A stretch of DNA of 64,000 nt, taken from NCBI GenBank assembly GCA_008690995.1, contig VRMN01000008.1:434001-498000 (forward strand), written 5' to 3'. The translations under genes and the position numbers were made by a program. Positions within the stretch are counted from its first letter, which is position 1, and every line of letters starts with the position of its first letter. This DNA is from Porphyridium purpureum. Lineage: Eukaryota. Below the pieces are notes generated by a model. It did no database searches, was not told the origin of the DNA, and saw only the letters and a program-made list of their open reading frames with translations. This document shows, in pieces, positions 11,583 to 21,977 of this stretch.

Positions 11583-14090
11583 ATGGGGAAGGGCAAGGGG
11601 AATGTGGTGCTCACAAAAGATGCGAGTCGGAACGAGAAGCACGGGGACACGGCGGCCCCGGCGAAAAAGCGGTTGCCGTTCATGAGGCAGCGCTCGTCAA
11701 AGGTGGCCAGCACCGCGGGTGGGAGCTCGGCGCCCACATCTGCGCCGCCGTCGACGAATGCGACGTCAGGTAAGGATTCGGCGAGCAAAGCAAGTCCCGC
11801 GGCGGCGGCTTCAGTGCCGGACAACAGCAAGACCGCCGCGGCGTCTGCGCAGAATGCGGTAACGGCCGCAGCCGACACGCCGTCGGAGAAGGCGGGTGCG
11901 GCGGCGGCTGGAGCAGTTCCACAGGATCCGGAAACTGGCGGCCCGCGAAAGATCGGGCTGAAGCACATCGACTTTATCAACGTTCACCGCAAGAACTACA
12001 CGGGCAGAATCGAGCTTCTGCAAGGCTCGGTTGAATCATTGTCACCCGCTGATGAGACCGACTTGCTCATCGTTTACCTTCGCGAGCGTGGCGCACACAA
12101 GGCCAATCGCGACTCTGCATTGGCGGCGCTGAATCGGGGCGGCGTTTCGCTTGCGCAACTCGAGAAGGAGTCCAAACCCCAGCCGTCGTATCGCAGACAC
12201 TACCACTGCTGGCTCAGTCGGCAGATTCCGAAACCGCGTCCGGTAGGCTTTGAGTACAAGCGCCTACTTGTGTACGAGGATCCGGGCGAGGAGCTCACGC
12301 GCGACGACAACATTGTGCTTGACATCATGAAGTGCCTTACCACCGTGATTGGTGGTGATGTGCAAATTACCTCGGTCATGCTGCCGCTCTCTGGCGCTCT
12401 CTTGAGTGCATCCCTGCGAAAACACTTTGTCAAAGCGGCCGCCGAGGTATGCTTTGCGTGGATGACAATGGGTCTGCCGCTCCGCAACGTGCGCATTCTG
12501 CTGCCTGAGACCGATATCGGCAAGGATATTGTCGTATTCCAAGAGGTCAAGGAGAAGTTGCTGTCGCGCGGCCCCGAGATGTTTTTGGCCTCCACAAAGT
12601 ACGATGTCTTCTTCAGCTACGCCAAGGAGGATAAGGAGGCGGCGCATGAGATGATGAATTTTCTGCAGAGCAAGAACCCGGCGGTTCGCCTGTACGACGC
12701 GGAGCCGCGAGACATCAGCGTGCGCCAGCGCGGCGTGGTGCATGCACCTGTAATGGAAGCGATCAACCAGTCACGCGTGTTCCTGTCGCTGCTGTCTGAT
12801 GACTACTTCCACTCGGTCGAGTGCACAGAGGCGTTTTCGCTCGCATACTGCCGCGATTTCGACTCGCAAGGCAATTTCATTATTCCGCTCTTTTGGCGTA
12901 GCTGCGATTTGACACCGCTCGCCAGACGTCTGGTTGCAACCGAAGGTGTGGACTGTCGTGAGGCGTCGTTTGAGTCTGCCAAAGTTTTGCTAGAAGAAAT
13001 TCTGGCGGCGCTTGAGTCGCCCGCATCCCGAGATGGAACAGGCCTCGACGGAGACGAGGAAGGGCGGTCGCTGAACTCGGCCACGCGCGTGGATGAAGAC
13101 AAGGAGAAGATTAACATTGCGGAGAAGCTCATGATGATGAAGGACGAAAACGTCGAGCAGCAAGGCTTTGAGGTGCATGATATGCCTCAGGAAGAGGAAA
13201 CGGTAAGCCAAATCTTCTTTGACAAGGCGTGGCGCGACCAGTGGGCGATCGATTTCCGCACGCTTGTGTTTGGGCCACGCATTGGCGCGGGTGGTTTCGG
13301 TGAAGTTTACAAGGCGAAGTACAGGAACGAGATGGTGGCGGTCAAGACACTGCAAAAAGTGGACGACGACGATCAACAGGCGGTGATCGCCGAATTCATG
13401 GTGGAAATGAAACTCATGTCCAAGTTGAAACACCCGAACATTGTACCATTTTTGGGTGCTAGTGTGCAGCAGCCCAACCTGGCGATTGTCCTGGAATTCA
13501 TGCCGGGCGGCAGCTTGTACCGCGCGATTCACCGCAGGAGAAGGAATCATTTGGGGCCCTTCCCTCTGTTGAAGACCTTGTGGATTGCGTACGGTATTTC
13601 CAAGGGTATGGAGTACCTGCACTGCCAGTATCCGGTGATTATCCATCGCGATCTCAAGTCGCCGAATATTCTGCTGGGCTCGAACGTACACGAGGTGAAA
13701 CTAACTGACTTTGGCCTTTCGCGTCTGCGCGTCGCCACATACGTCAATACAGGACCGGGAGGCACACCCGAGTGGATGGCACCCGAATTGTTGCGGCAGG
13801 ATCCGTTTGATGAACGGTCCGACGTCTTTTCGTTCGGCGTCATCTTGTGGGAGCTCGTTGTGTGCGAAAAGCCCTGGCGAGACGACCACCCCATGCAAAT
13901 TGTGTTCAAGGTTGGCTCACGCGGCGAGAAACTGCAGGTACCGGCGGGTACGCAGTGTCCACCGGAACTCAAGGCAATGATTCTCGCGTGTTTCCAGGAA
14001 CAACCGACAAAGCGCCCGCGCTTCGGCGATCTGACCAAGCAGCTTGAGGTCATGGTGCAACAAGTGGAAGCAACGCGTAACAAGAAGTAG
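11583..14090 (+). CDS. Macro-like domain + TIR domain + Raf-like (TKL) Ser/Thr kinase fusion
   Basis: Kinase (~13270-14050): IGAGGFGEV, VAVK, HRDLKSPNILL, DFGLSR, GTPEWMAPE. TIR (~12600-13010): YDVFFSYAKED, AINQSRVFLSLLSDDYFHSVEC, IIPLFW. Macro-like (~12009-12560): IELLQGSV, DLLIV, ITSVMLPLSG. Confidence 0.9.
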   Translation: MGKGKGNVVLTKDASRNEKHGDTAAPAKKRLPFMRQRSSKVASTAGGSSAPTSAPPSTNATSGKDSASKASPAAAASVPDNSKTAAASAQNAVTAAADTPSEKAGAAAAGAVPQDPETGGPRKIGLKHIDFINVHRKNYTGRIELLQGSVESLSPADETDLLIVYLRERGAHKANRDSALAALNRGGVSLAQLEKESKPQPSYRRHYHCWLSRQIPKPRPVGFEYKRLLVYEDPGEELTRDDNIVLDIMKCLTTVIGGDVQITSVMLPLSGALLSASLRKHFVKAAAEVCFAWMTMGLPLRNVRILLPETDIGKDIVVFQEVKEKLLSRGPEMFLASTKYDVFFSYAKEDKEAAHEMMNFLQSKNPAVRLYDAEPRDISVRQRGVVHAPVMEAINQSRVFLSLLSDDYFHSVECTEAFSLAYCRDFDSQGNFIIPLFWRSCDLTPLARRLVATEGVDCREASFESAKVLLEEILAALESPASRDGTGLDGDEEGRSLNSATRVDEDKEKINIAEKLMMMKDENVEQQGFEVHDMPQEEETVSQIFFDKAWRDQWAIDFRTLVFGPRIGAGGFGEVYKAKYRNEMVAVKTLQKVDDDDQQAVIAEFMVEMKLMSKLKHPNIVPFLGASVQQPNLAIVLEFMPGGSLYRAIHRRRRNHLGPFPLLKTLWIAYGISKGMEYLHCQYPVIIHRDLKSPNILLGSNVHEVKLTDFGLSRLRVATYVNTGPGGTPEWMAPELLRQDPFDERSDVFSFGVILWELVVCEKPWRDDHPMQIVFKVGSRGEKLQVPAGTQCPPELKAMILACFQEQPTKRPRFGDLTKQLEVMVQQVEATRNKK

Positions 14091-14650
14091 AGATGTGCGG
14101 CAATGAAGAGGCGCGAGAGCCAGCATGCATTACACAGATGACGGCTTGGCGACTGCTGCGAGGTTCCCACCGATGCTTCTCCGCCCTCTCTCCCTCCCTC
14201 CTTTTATGATTTTTTTTCGTCTGGTGGAGAGAACACTTGTTGCTTGAAAGAAAGAAACTTTTATAATATGTTCAAAATCAACACTCTCCGCTCGTTCGTT
14301 CGTGCCCTTTATGAAACATCGCGGTACATGAAGTCTAGACATGCGTAAGCATAGACGGTGTGAAAGGCTTGGCAAGGCCGCCAAGAACGAGTCCAATTGC
14401 GCCTTAATGAGCTTGCGGTCAACAGTTGCGGAAGTGCCAAGTTCCTGTGCGCACTTTCCGAGCATCGCAGCGAGACATTGACGTTTCTAAGAATACGCAA
14501 ATGCGCTTTTCCATCCACTGGTCATCCGCCTCTTCTCTCCCCCTTGACCATGTAGGCATCTTCCTCTGGGCGTACACATTAGGAAAGAATCAGTCAAACA
14601 GGCCGGCCGCTTCCTGTGCTCTTTGCGCCAGTGTGGGAACTCGCAAATCT

Positions 14651-15481
14651 TTACTCTTTCGCAAACTGAATCTGCTTGAGCGTGTTGTGGACGCCTGTGC
14701 AGTAGATCGTTTTGCTGTGTCCGCAACGACAAATCATTACGCTCTTGTCCTCCTCTGCTTTCACCCTAATCGGCTCATATGAGGTGCCTCGCTCCTTGTT
14801 GACGTACGTGTGAAACCCGCCGCAGTATGGCTGCATATTACTGACGCCGCATGCGCAAAAGGAAACGACCTTGCCTTTCTTAAGGTCTTCTGCCCATGGT
14901 CCTTCGCCGTCATAGTCCACTGGCGGCTGACGTGCTGATTCTCGCGCATAGCAGGCACACTTTTTGGAAAAGTTTTCAGATCCTTCGCTGCAAACAAACC
15001 CGACATCAGGCTCGGTGAGCACCGCGCCAGCCGCAGCACGAGCGACCGCTTTTTGCTTCTTGACGGTCGAAATGAAAGCGCCCTTGGTGTCCGTACCCCC
15101 GCGGCGCACAGAATCTACCACACCAAGCCCTGAGCAGATGCTGCACTTCAGCACGCCCTTCCCCGAGCAAATAATGCACGTGCCAAGAGGGTCCGAACCC
15201 GACCCGCCGCAAGACTCGCACGTCATCTTTCCAGTTTCCTCACAAAATGGACACGGCTCCATTCCGGCCTTGTCCACACCTGGCGTGCGGATCACCCGCT
15301 TGATCAAATTCTCAAAAAAGCCGTTCTTCTCCGCACCCATCACCGTCACTGCGCGGCGCTCTACCTGGCCTCGATCACATCCAAACGCCCGTCCACCGCA
15401 AACGGCGCGCACGTCCACCGTCGCGACTTTTCCCCACGCACGTCGGCTGGGCCACGGCCCGCCACATACAAATCCCAACAT
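14651..15481 (-). CDS. DnaJ-type zinc finger fused to two CDGSH-type [2Fe-2S] motifs, probably plastid-targeted
   Basis: Four CxxCxxxG repeats (CPFCEETG, CESCGGSG, CIICSGKG, CSICSGLG), then CACGVSNMQPYCGGFH and CRCGHSKTIYCTGVH; transit-peptide-like start MLGFV. Confidence 0.82.
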   Translation of the reverse strand: MLGFVCGGPWPSRRAWGKVATVDVRAVCGGRAFGCDRGQVERRAVTVMGAEKNGFFENLIKRVIRTPGVDKAGMEPCPFCEETGKMTCESCGGSGSDPLGTCIICSGKGVLKCSICSGLGVVDSVRRGGTDTKGAFISTVKKQKAVARAAAGAVLTEPDVGFVCSEGSENFSKKCACYARESARQPPVDYDGEGPWAEDLKKGKVVSFCACGVSNMQPYCGGFHTYVNKERGTSYEPIRVKAEEDKSVMICRCGHSKTIYCTGVHNTLKQIQFAKE

Positions 15482-16025
15482 GGCCCAACCGCCCCACTTC
15501 GCGAATGACTCGGTGAGTCCGCGAAATCTCCTCGATCAATCCTTCCCGTGTCGGACGAGCTTCTCGGCGGACAAGTCCACGACTTCGACAAGCCACGCGT
15601 GCTAAGCACGACCGGATGAGACAGGCAAGCTACTCGAGATGCCTGTGTGTCCTTTCACGCCGAGCGACAGCGCCCACACAGGCCACGACAGCTCCGCACC
15701 CCAACCACCCCAACCACAAAAATCTCGCGCCGCCGCGCTCGTCTCGCGAACCCGAACAAAATTTACTCACCACAGGCCACTGTACATCAAGCACTGTACT
15801 TTCCGTGTTAAACAGAACAAAATTCATTCGACCAGTATTAATAAAATGGTTTAACTTATCGCATTTATTTATATTATCACTGTACTTGGGGGAGGAAGGT
15901 GAGGTACAGTATGTCGATGTACAAAGGGTTCAGTGGGTTTGGGTAAAAGAAGGGACAAGAGCGGGTCTCCCGGGGGAAGGACGACTGAGGTAAGTAGAGG
16001 TGGTGAGCTGGTTGGTGGCGGCGGC

Positions 16026-16415
16026 ATGGATGTGGGTAGGAGTGGGCGCAAAAGGGCGGGCATGGTTGGTGCCGCGGATACGCGAAGTGGGTTTCACGAC
16101 CCGGAGCAGACGCTCGGCGCTGTGGACGTAGAGCGCGCCGACGAGTTTAAAGAGGGCCCGCTATCGTTGCTGCTGGATGCGGTCAAGATGGAATTGCCAG
16201 TGCTCATCAATTTGCGCAGTAACCGAAAACTGTTTGCTCGCGTCAAGGCCTTCGATCGCCACTTTAATATGGTGCTAGTCGATGTCAAGGAAATGTGGCA
16301 AGAGACCGTCAAGACAAAGGGCGAAAAGGCAGGCCCGGTCATGCGCGAGCGATTTATTTCCAAGATGTTTTTGAGAGGCGACTCTGTCATTTTGGTGCTC
16401 AAGAACCCGCAATGA
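16026..16415 (+). CDS. SmD2: Small nuclear ribonucleoprotein Sm D2
   Basis: [49 protein letters not shown]; start 16026 or 16062. Confidence 0.95.
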   Translation: MDVGRSGRKRAGMVGAADTRSGFHDPEQTLGAVDVERADEFKEGPLSLLLDAVKMELPVLINLRSNRKLFARVKAFDRHFNMVLVDVKEMWQETVKTKGEKAGPVMRERFISKMFLRGDSVILVLKNPQ

Positions 16416-17258
16416 TCATAAGCGTGGCGTGTCTTTTTTATATCAGCCGCCAGAGATCCACGCAAGAACTTGCTCCACTGCGCCTGGACCACGTCGAGAG
16501 CGTGAAAAGCGAGATCACTGATCGTCATGGCTCCGACGAGCTCGAGCACAGTTCTCACCAGGCCTGCTGTGATCGCTGCGGGACACGCGATCAGGCAAAA
16601 ATTGAGCAACGCCAATCAACTGGAATCGCTCTGGTATCAGTCCGTTCCTACTCTTCTCTGGACATCAGAATGGACCAAGCATCGAGCCGCCCAAGTGTCA
16701 GGGCAAAGTACACCGACTGCCGTATATTCTGCAACCCGTTGTCGAGACGCGGCAAATTGTGTGTCAACATATCATACTGTATCACAGCACAGCACACCTC
16801 AGGCAGAGCGGCCACGTCTATTCCCGCGCGCACAGATCTGACGACGTATCGTTTGGCGTCCTGCATGTGCAGCAGCTCCACGTCGAGTCTTTCATGCGCT
16901 CGACTTGCGCTTCAAGCGAAGAGTCGACGCGCCCACCCACTGTACCTTCCTCTTGTTCCCCACTGTACTCTATTCATTAACAGCCGTTCTTTGTCACTGG
17001 AATCGGCGACGTTGTTGAGTGCTCTTAGCCGCGGAGCGTTGACTCCGGAGAAGGAAAGGAAGCGGCTCAGGTTTGGGGGTTGTGGAGCAACATCACAGTC
17101 TGTCTCGCATTGGTGGCAGTCGACGACGGCGGCACAGGCTCACGCAGTGCGGAAACCGCGGCGTCCGGTTCGATCTGCGCGCGCGCGAGACTTTGCCATC
17201 CCGTGTGTGCGTTCACCGCAGGGTGCATGCGTCGCAACTCGAGACGAACCAAGGCAAC

Positions 17259-18446
17259 ATGTGGAGCCGCGTGTACTCGAGCGTGTTCGGCAGCTCGCAC
17301 GGGCAGATGACCGCGAGCGATTATGTCCAGGCGATGCGCGATGCGATCAACCAGGCCGAGGATGAGAGCCTTGCGGAGCAGGAGCAGAAGAAGGCGCGAG
17401 AAAAGGTCGCCGAGTGTGTGGACATGTTGCGCGCGATGCTGTTTAGTCCAGAAATAATGCTACGGTCGTCGGCAAGTATGGGCAAGGGGGCGGGGAAGGA
17501 CGCGGATCAGGCTGATTCTGCACATAGCAGGTCTACCAGCACGAAAAGCATCGACGCGGAAAAGGGTCCGCCAAGGTATGGCGGCTCGCCGCCGCATGGG
17601 GATAGCGCCGAGGCGATCAAGCACAGGCAGCAGGTGGATGATCTTGTGCACATGGCTGCCGAGGACGACCTTCTGCTGCTGGTCGGCGGGCATCTAGACG
17701 CAATGGCGTTTGAGACACGCAAGCACGCCGTGCAGGTGTTCAATAACCTGATTCGCCAAGAGGTGGAACCGGGCGTGTCCGTGCTTGACGTCGTTTCCAC
17801 GAAGGACATTGGGCTAGAGTTGGTGTGTACACTTGCCCGAGGATACGACTACCATGAGGCTGCGCTAAACTGCGGTGCCATGCTGCGCGAGATGCTCCGC
17901 AGCGAAGCGGCGGCCAAGTTGATTCTGAATGACCCGCTCATGTGGCGGTTGTTTGAGTGGGTGCAAGTGAGCGACTTTGATGTCGCGTCCGATGCGCAAA
18001 CCACATTTAAGGATCTACTCACACGGCACACTTCGTCAGTGGCAGAGTTCATCGAGCTCGAGTATGACCGCTTCTTCGAAAAATTCAACGCGCTGCTGCG
18101 ATCGCAAAACTACGTGGCTCGGCGCGTCTCTCTCAAGCTACTAGGCGAAATGCTGCTCGAGCGCGCAAACTTCAATGTGATGACGCGCTACATTGCGTCC
18201 GCGGACAACCTGAAACTCATCATGAACCTGCTGCTCGACAATCGCAAAAATATTCAGTATGAGGCCTTCCATGTATTTAAGATCTTTGTGGCCAACCCAA
18301 ACAAGACGCCGCAAGTGCGCAGCATTCTCGTGAAGAACAAGCAAAGAATGGTCGACTATCTGAATGTGTTTCTGACGGACCGCGACGACGAGCAATTTCA
18401 CGAAGACCGGATGATGATTATTGCAGACATTGAAGAGCTAGAATAA
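17259..18446 (+). CDS. MO25: MO25/CAB39 family armadillo-like kinase scaffold
   Basis: ALNCGAMLRE, FDVASDAQTTFKDLLTRH, NYVARRVSLKLLGE, IQYEAFHVFKIFVANPNK. Confidence 0.95.
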   Translation: MWSRVYSSVFGSSHGQMTASDYVQAMRDAINQAEDESLAEQEQKKAREKVAECVDMLRAMLFSPEIMLRSSASMGKGAGKDADQADSAHSRSTSTKSIDAEKGPPRYGGSPPHGDSAEAIKHRQQVDDLVHMAAEDDLLLLVGGHLDAMAFETRKHAVQVFNNLIRQEVEPGVSVLDVVSTKDIGLELVCTLARGYDYHEAALNCGAMLREMLRSEAAAKLILNDPLMWRLFEWVQVSDFDVASDAQTTFKDLLTRHTSSVAEFIELEYDRFFEKFNALLRSQNYVARRVSLKLLGEMLLERANFNVMTRYIASADNLKLIMNLLLDNRKNIQYEAFHVFKIFVANPNKTPQVRSILVKNKQRMVDYLNVFLTDRDDEQFHEDRMMIIADIEELE

Positions 18447-18758
18447 AGGCAAATCGTATATGGCTTTAATCGACAGCAGTGCACCATTCCGTTTCAGCAG
18501 TTCCTTTCGCCGCCTTTCCTTCATTTTGATTCTAATGGATCATTTGCGTTGCTTAGTTTTGCCGCCAAGGTAAACATTTAACATTTCAAGAGCGCGTATC
18601 CCTGAAAAGCCCATCGTCGTGCTGTGAATCAATTTAGTTTTCTGTCAATCTTGCTTAGTTCGCGTCTCTACCCAGGTCAAAGTGCCTAACGAGGCTCGCC
18701 GAAAAGACCGAGCAGAAGCTCTACAGTTGCGTCCTAGCTACCCTTCCTCCTACAACAC

Positions 18759-19667
18759 TCAGGCTCGGAGCGTTTGCGCCGCGATGCACCCATGAGGTTG
18801 CGTCGGCGCGCTTAATCTATCGCCCAACTGAGGGCAGTCGTAGTGTATGGTTGAAGTGCAGCAATCGCCTGTGGCAGTGCACGCGCACACTGCGTCAAAC
18901 TGCTGTTGCAAGTCGCGCAGCTTCACAGCATCCCACATGTACCCAGTATACAGGGCAAAGCACATATCGTGCTGCTGCCTCGTACGATCTGCACAACAAT
19001 CCTCGACCAGCGTGACACCGTAGCCTCGGCAGAAGGCGCCGTGGGCCGTATGCTGTACGCACGCAGAAGTCACCAAGCCGCACACCAAAACGTGGCTTAC
19101 ACCCATCTCCGTCAAGTACTCATGGAGTGCTGTATCGTGGAACGCGTCCCAAACAGGCTTGGCGATCACCATTTCGTTCGGCAGAGCTGCAGCAAACGGT
19201 TCCGGATTCTGGATGCCGTCCACGCGCGCCATCTTGTTCGGGTTCAGCGCAACAAACTGAGGTATCATGCGGCTTCGTGCTCCGTCATCATACACTGCCC
19301 GAATGTGCACAACAACGCAATCTGGGTCGCGGCGCGCCAACTCTAGCAGTCGTGCAATGTTGGGCGCAAATTCAGGAAACTCGCCACGAATCTGCGCGTT
19401 CAGACTCCAGTATTCTTGTTGCACGTCTACAACCAAGAGTGCGTGACGGCTACGCAGCGCCGGCAGCCGCGGGACCACTGGAACCAACCTGGGCGCCACA
19501 GAAGTTTCCGAAGCAGCTGCCATTGCCGATTCGGCTTGCGCGTCTTTGGCCAGGACTGTCGCCGGAGCCGCGGCTTCCGCTGAAACGCCGCGCTCAGGTT
19601 CGCTGGAAATGTGCTCCAACGAACAGTCTGGAATGAGCGCGCGCGCTAACGCTTCGTTCGGACTCAT
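18759..19667 (-). CDS. Isochorismatase-family cysteine hydrolase
   Basis: ALLVVDVQ (Asp), IAKPVWDAF (Lys) and CGLVTSACVQHTA (Cys) form the catalytic triad; VEDCCAD. Confidence 0.88.
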   Translation of the reverse strand: MSPNEALARALIPDCSLEHISSEPERGVSAEAAAPATVLAKDAQAESAMAAASETSVAPRLVPVVPRLPALRSRHALLVVDVQQEYWSLNAQIRGEFPEFAPNIARLLELARRDPDCVVVHIRAVYDDGARSRMIPQFVALNPNKMARVDGIQNPEPFAAALPNEMVIAKPVWDAFHDTALHEYLTEMGVSHVLVCGLVTSACVQHTAHGAFCRGYGVTLVEDCCADRTRQQHDMCFALYTGYMWDAVKLRDLQQQFDAVCACTATGDCCTSTIHYDCPQLGDRLSAPTQPHGCIAAQTLRA

Positions 19668-20375
19668 TCACTCTTTGGCCCGCTCGGCTTGAGGAGAAGA
19701 AGCACTCCACCGACGACCACCAGCGCCTTCTGCACGCTTGTGTCCCCTGTTCCGTCAAGCCCGACACAATGCCTTGCCGTATCCCCCGATGTGTCAGATA
19801 TTACGACGAGAACGTCACCAAAATGACACACAATCCGCACAAGAGACTGCTCTTGCCGTTACGTCAGCCTTGACGCTTCCCGCCTCGAGAATTACGACCA
19901 CGCACCTTTTCCCCCACCCAAATCAGCTTACATCCACTTTTCCCCACACCCGCAGCGCTGTGTGCAATACTTTGAAACGAATACCTGAACTGGCGCGCAC
20001 ACGATTCCTCTCGCTGCTTATAAGCGTCCTCGACCCTCGCACGTCCCAATGCCGTTCGCACTGTCTCCTCTCTCTCCAGACCCTGCTCTGCCTCCAGCGC
20101 CACTTTATAATTCCGGCGTGAGCTTATCTCAGTTTCTTCTCGGTTTTTTTCTTTCTCTCGGCCACACGGCACAGGCAAGGCCGCTTTCTCTCCTTCGTGT
20201 GCCTGCGTGGTTTCCAGCACACACACACCTCTCGCACGCCGCAACCTCGAACGCAGCGCCAATGCCGTCACGTATATTGTCGTCTATCTCGCAGCACACA
20301 TCCCATCCATCATGCACCAGGCGCAGCTGCAGCGGCAGCAGACGCCAGAAAGCGCGCGTGCACGCCCACACGCAA

Positions 20376-20401
20376 GTGTGTGTGTGTGTGTGTGTGTGTG
20401 T
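20376..20401. repeat. (GT)13 microsatellite
   Basis: Read directly. Confidence 0.9.
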
Positions 20402-20944
20402 TTTTCCCTTCTTCACCGCAAAACGCCCATTCCATTCTCGCCATCCATTCACCAAACATACAAAAATCAAAAAAGAAAAACCCAACCCCAGTTTGAAAAA
20501 AGAGGAACCGAGTAGGAAAGTCACGTGCCATTAATAATGACACCTGCTCTTACTACTATTACCACAAAAACTACCAAGTTGCTTCCTTTTACATGGGCCG
20601 TGCACTTAGAAACCCCACAAAATGAACGCGATTCGTCATGACAAGCGCCAGTAGCAATACTAGTGACAAACGGTCAACCGGAAATAGAATTGGAACCACA
20701 GCCAGAACGATGCGGACAGCGGCAGTGGAGGTACTGTTGTAACCGTACTTTTCATACACTATCCACGCGCGGGGGAGTCAGTGTAAGCGTGGAAAGAAGT
20801 ACAGTGAGTACAGATGTGGACGGGGATGAGGTACAGTGTATCTGTGCGGAGGTACTGCGTTGGTGTGTGTGAGTTCGAGGTGGCGAATGGCGCGCAAGAG
20901 GGGAAGAGAATGGGGATGTCGATGCCGACGGGGTGAGGATTAGA

Positions 20945-21868
20945 ATGGCTGCGGATTTGTGGGAGGGTTCAAGCACGGCTGCGCCTGACATGTGTGGATC
21001 TGGGCTTGGGTTTGTGGCGGTCGGCGCAAGTGGAAAAGGCGCGCATGGAGAATGTGCACGGGTTGGAACGCGATCTCCGGCCGCGCGCACAGATCCGTGC
21101 AGGAGTAGGAGCTTATGCACGCGCCGTCGGCGCAGCTCGTGTCTGGATGTGCAGGTGAGGCTCCAAACACGTCAGGCTGTTCCCATTCAGGCATCTGTAG
21201 ATGTCGCCGCATTTGATCACGCTCTCAATCAAGGGTCGCTGCGTCTGGCCTTTGTTGGCATGTCCAATTGCGGAAAGTCGTTTCGCACCTCGCAGTTGGA
21301 GCAGCAGGCTCAGTTTTCGCGCCTGAGCGTGGATGAGGAGATCGAAAAAGTAGTTGAGCCGGAACTGCGCGCGCTCGGGTACGCCGGCATCGAAGGCATG
21401 GCCGAGTGGATGGGCTACCCGTATGACCCCCAGAACGCTGCGAATGTGGCGCGCTACCTTGACATCGAAGACTCCATCACTGCAAATGCGCAGCCAACGG
21501 TGCCTGCGAAGAACTTTTGCCTCGACACCACGGGCAGCGTGATCTATTTGCCGCAGCCCACCCTGCAGCGGCTGCGCGACGAGTTTCTAGTGGTGCATCT
21601 TGAGGCCTCTGACGATATGCTGGACGAGATGACCGAAAACTACTTTGCTACGCCCAAGCCTGTGGTGTGGGGCGACGCGTTCAAGCAGCGAGACGGCCAG
21701 TCAGGCATAGACGCCCTGCGCGAGTGCTACCCCAATCTGCTCCAGCAGCGCCGCAAGCTGTACCGTGCGCTCGCCCACGTCAATCTGCCTGCGCGCGTTT
21801 CACTCGGCCGCGAGATTGGCTGCGCGGACTTTCTTCACACGCTGAGAAAACTCTTGCCGGATCAGTAA
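20945..21868 (+). CDS. P-loop NTPase of shikimate/nucleoside-kinase-like fold with N-terminal targeting-like extension
   Basis: Walker A LAFVGMSNCGKS, FCLDTTGSVIY, and C-terminal RRKLY. Confidence 0.75.
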   Translation: MAADLWEGSSTAAPDMCGSGLGFVAVGASGKGAHGECARVGTRSPAARTDPCRSRSLCTRRRRSSCLDVQVRLQTRQAVPIQASVDVAAFDHALNQGSLRLAFVGMSNCGKSFRTSQLEQQAQFSRLSVDEEIEKVVEPELRALGYAGIEGMAEWMGYPYDPQNAANVARYLDIEDSITANAQPTVPAKNFCLDTTGSVIYLPQPTLQRLRDEFLVVHLEASDDMLDEMTENYFATPKPVVWGDAFKQRDGQSGIDALRECYPNLLQQRRKLYRALAHVNLPARVSLGREIGCADFLHTLRKLLPDQ

Positions 21869-21977
21869 ACCGCGCGGCGGCCTTGTGACCAGTCTATGGG
21901 GATTCATATGTCAGCGCGCTTGAAATGATAGTTTAATCGACCCCATCGCACGCGGCGACGCAACACACAAGGCGCTT

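Noticed and set aside
16295..17365. 356-aa plus-strand ORF bridging SmD2 and MO25
   Set aside because: Overlaps both genes out of frame and has no recognisable domain
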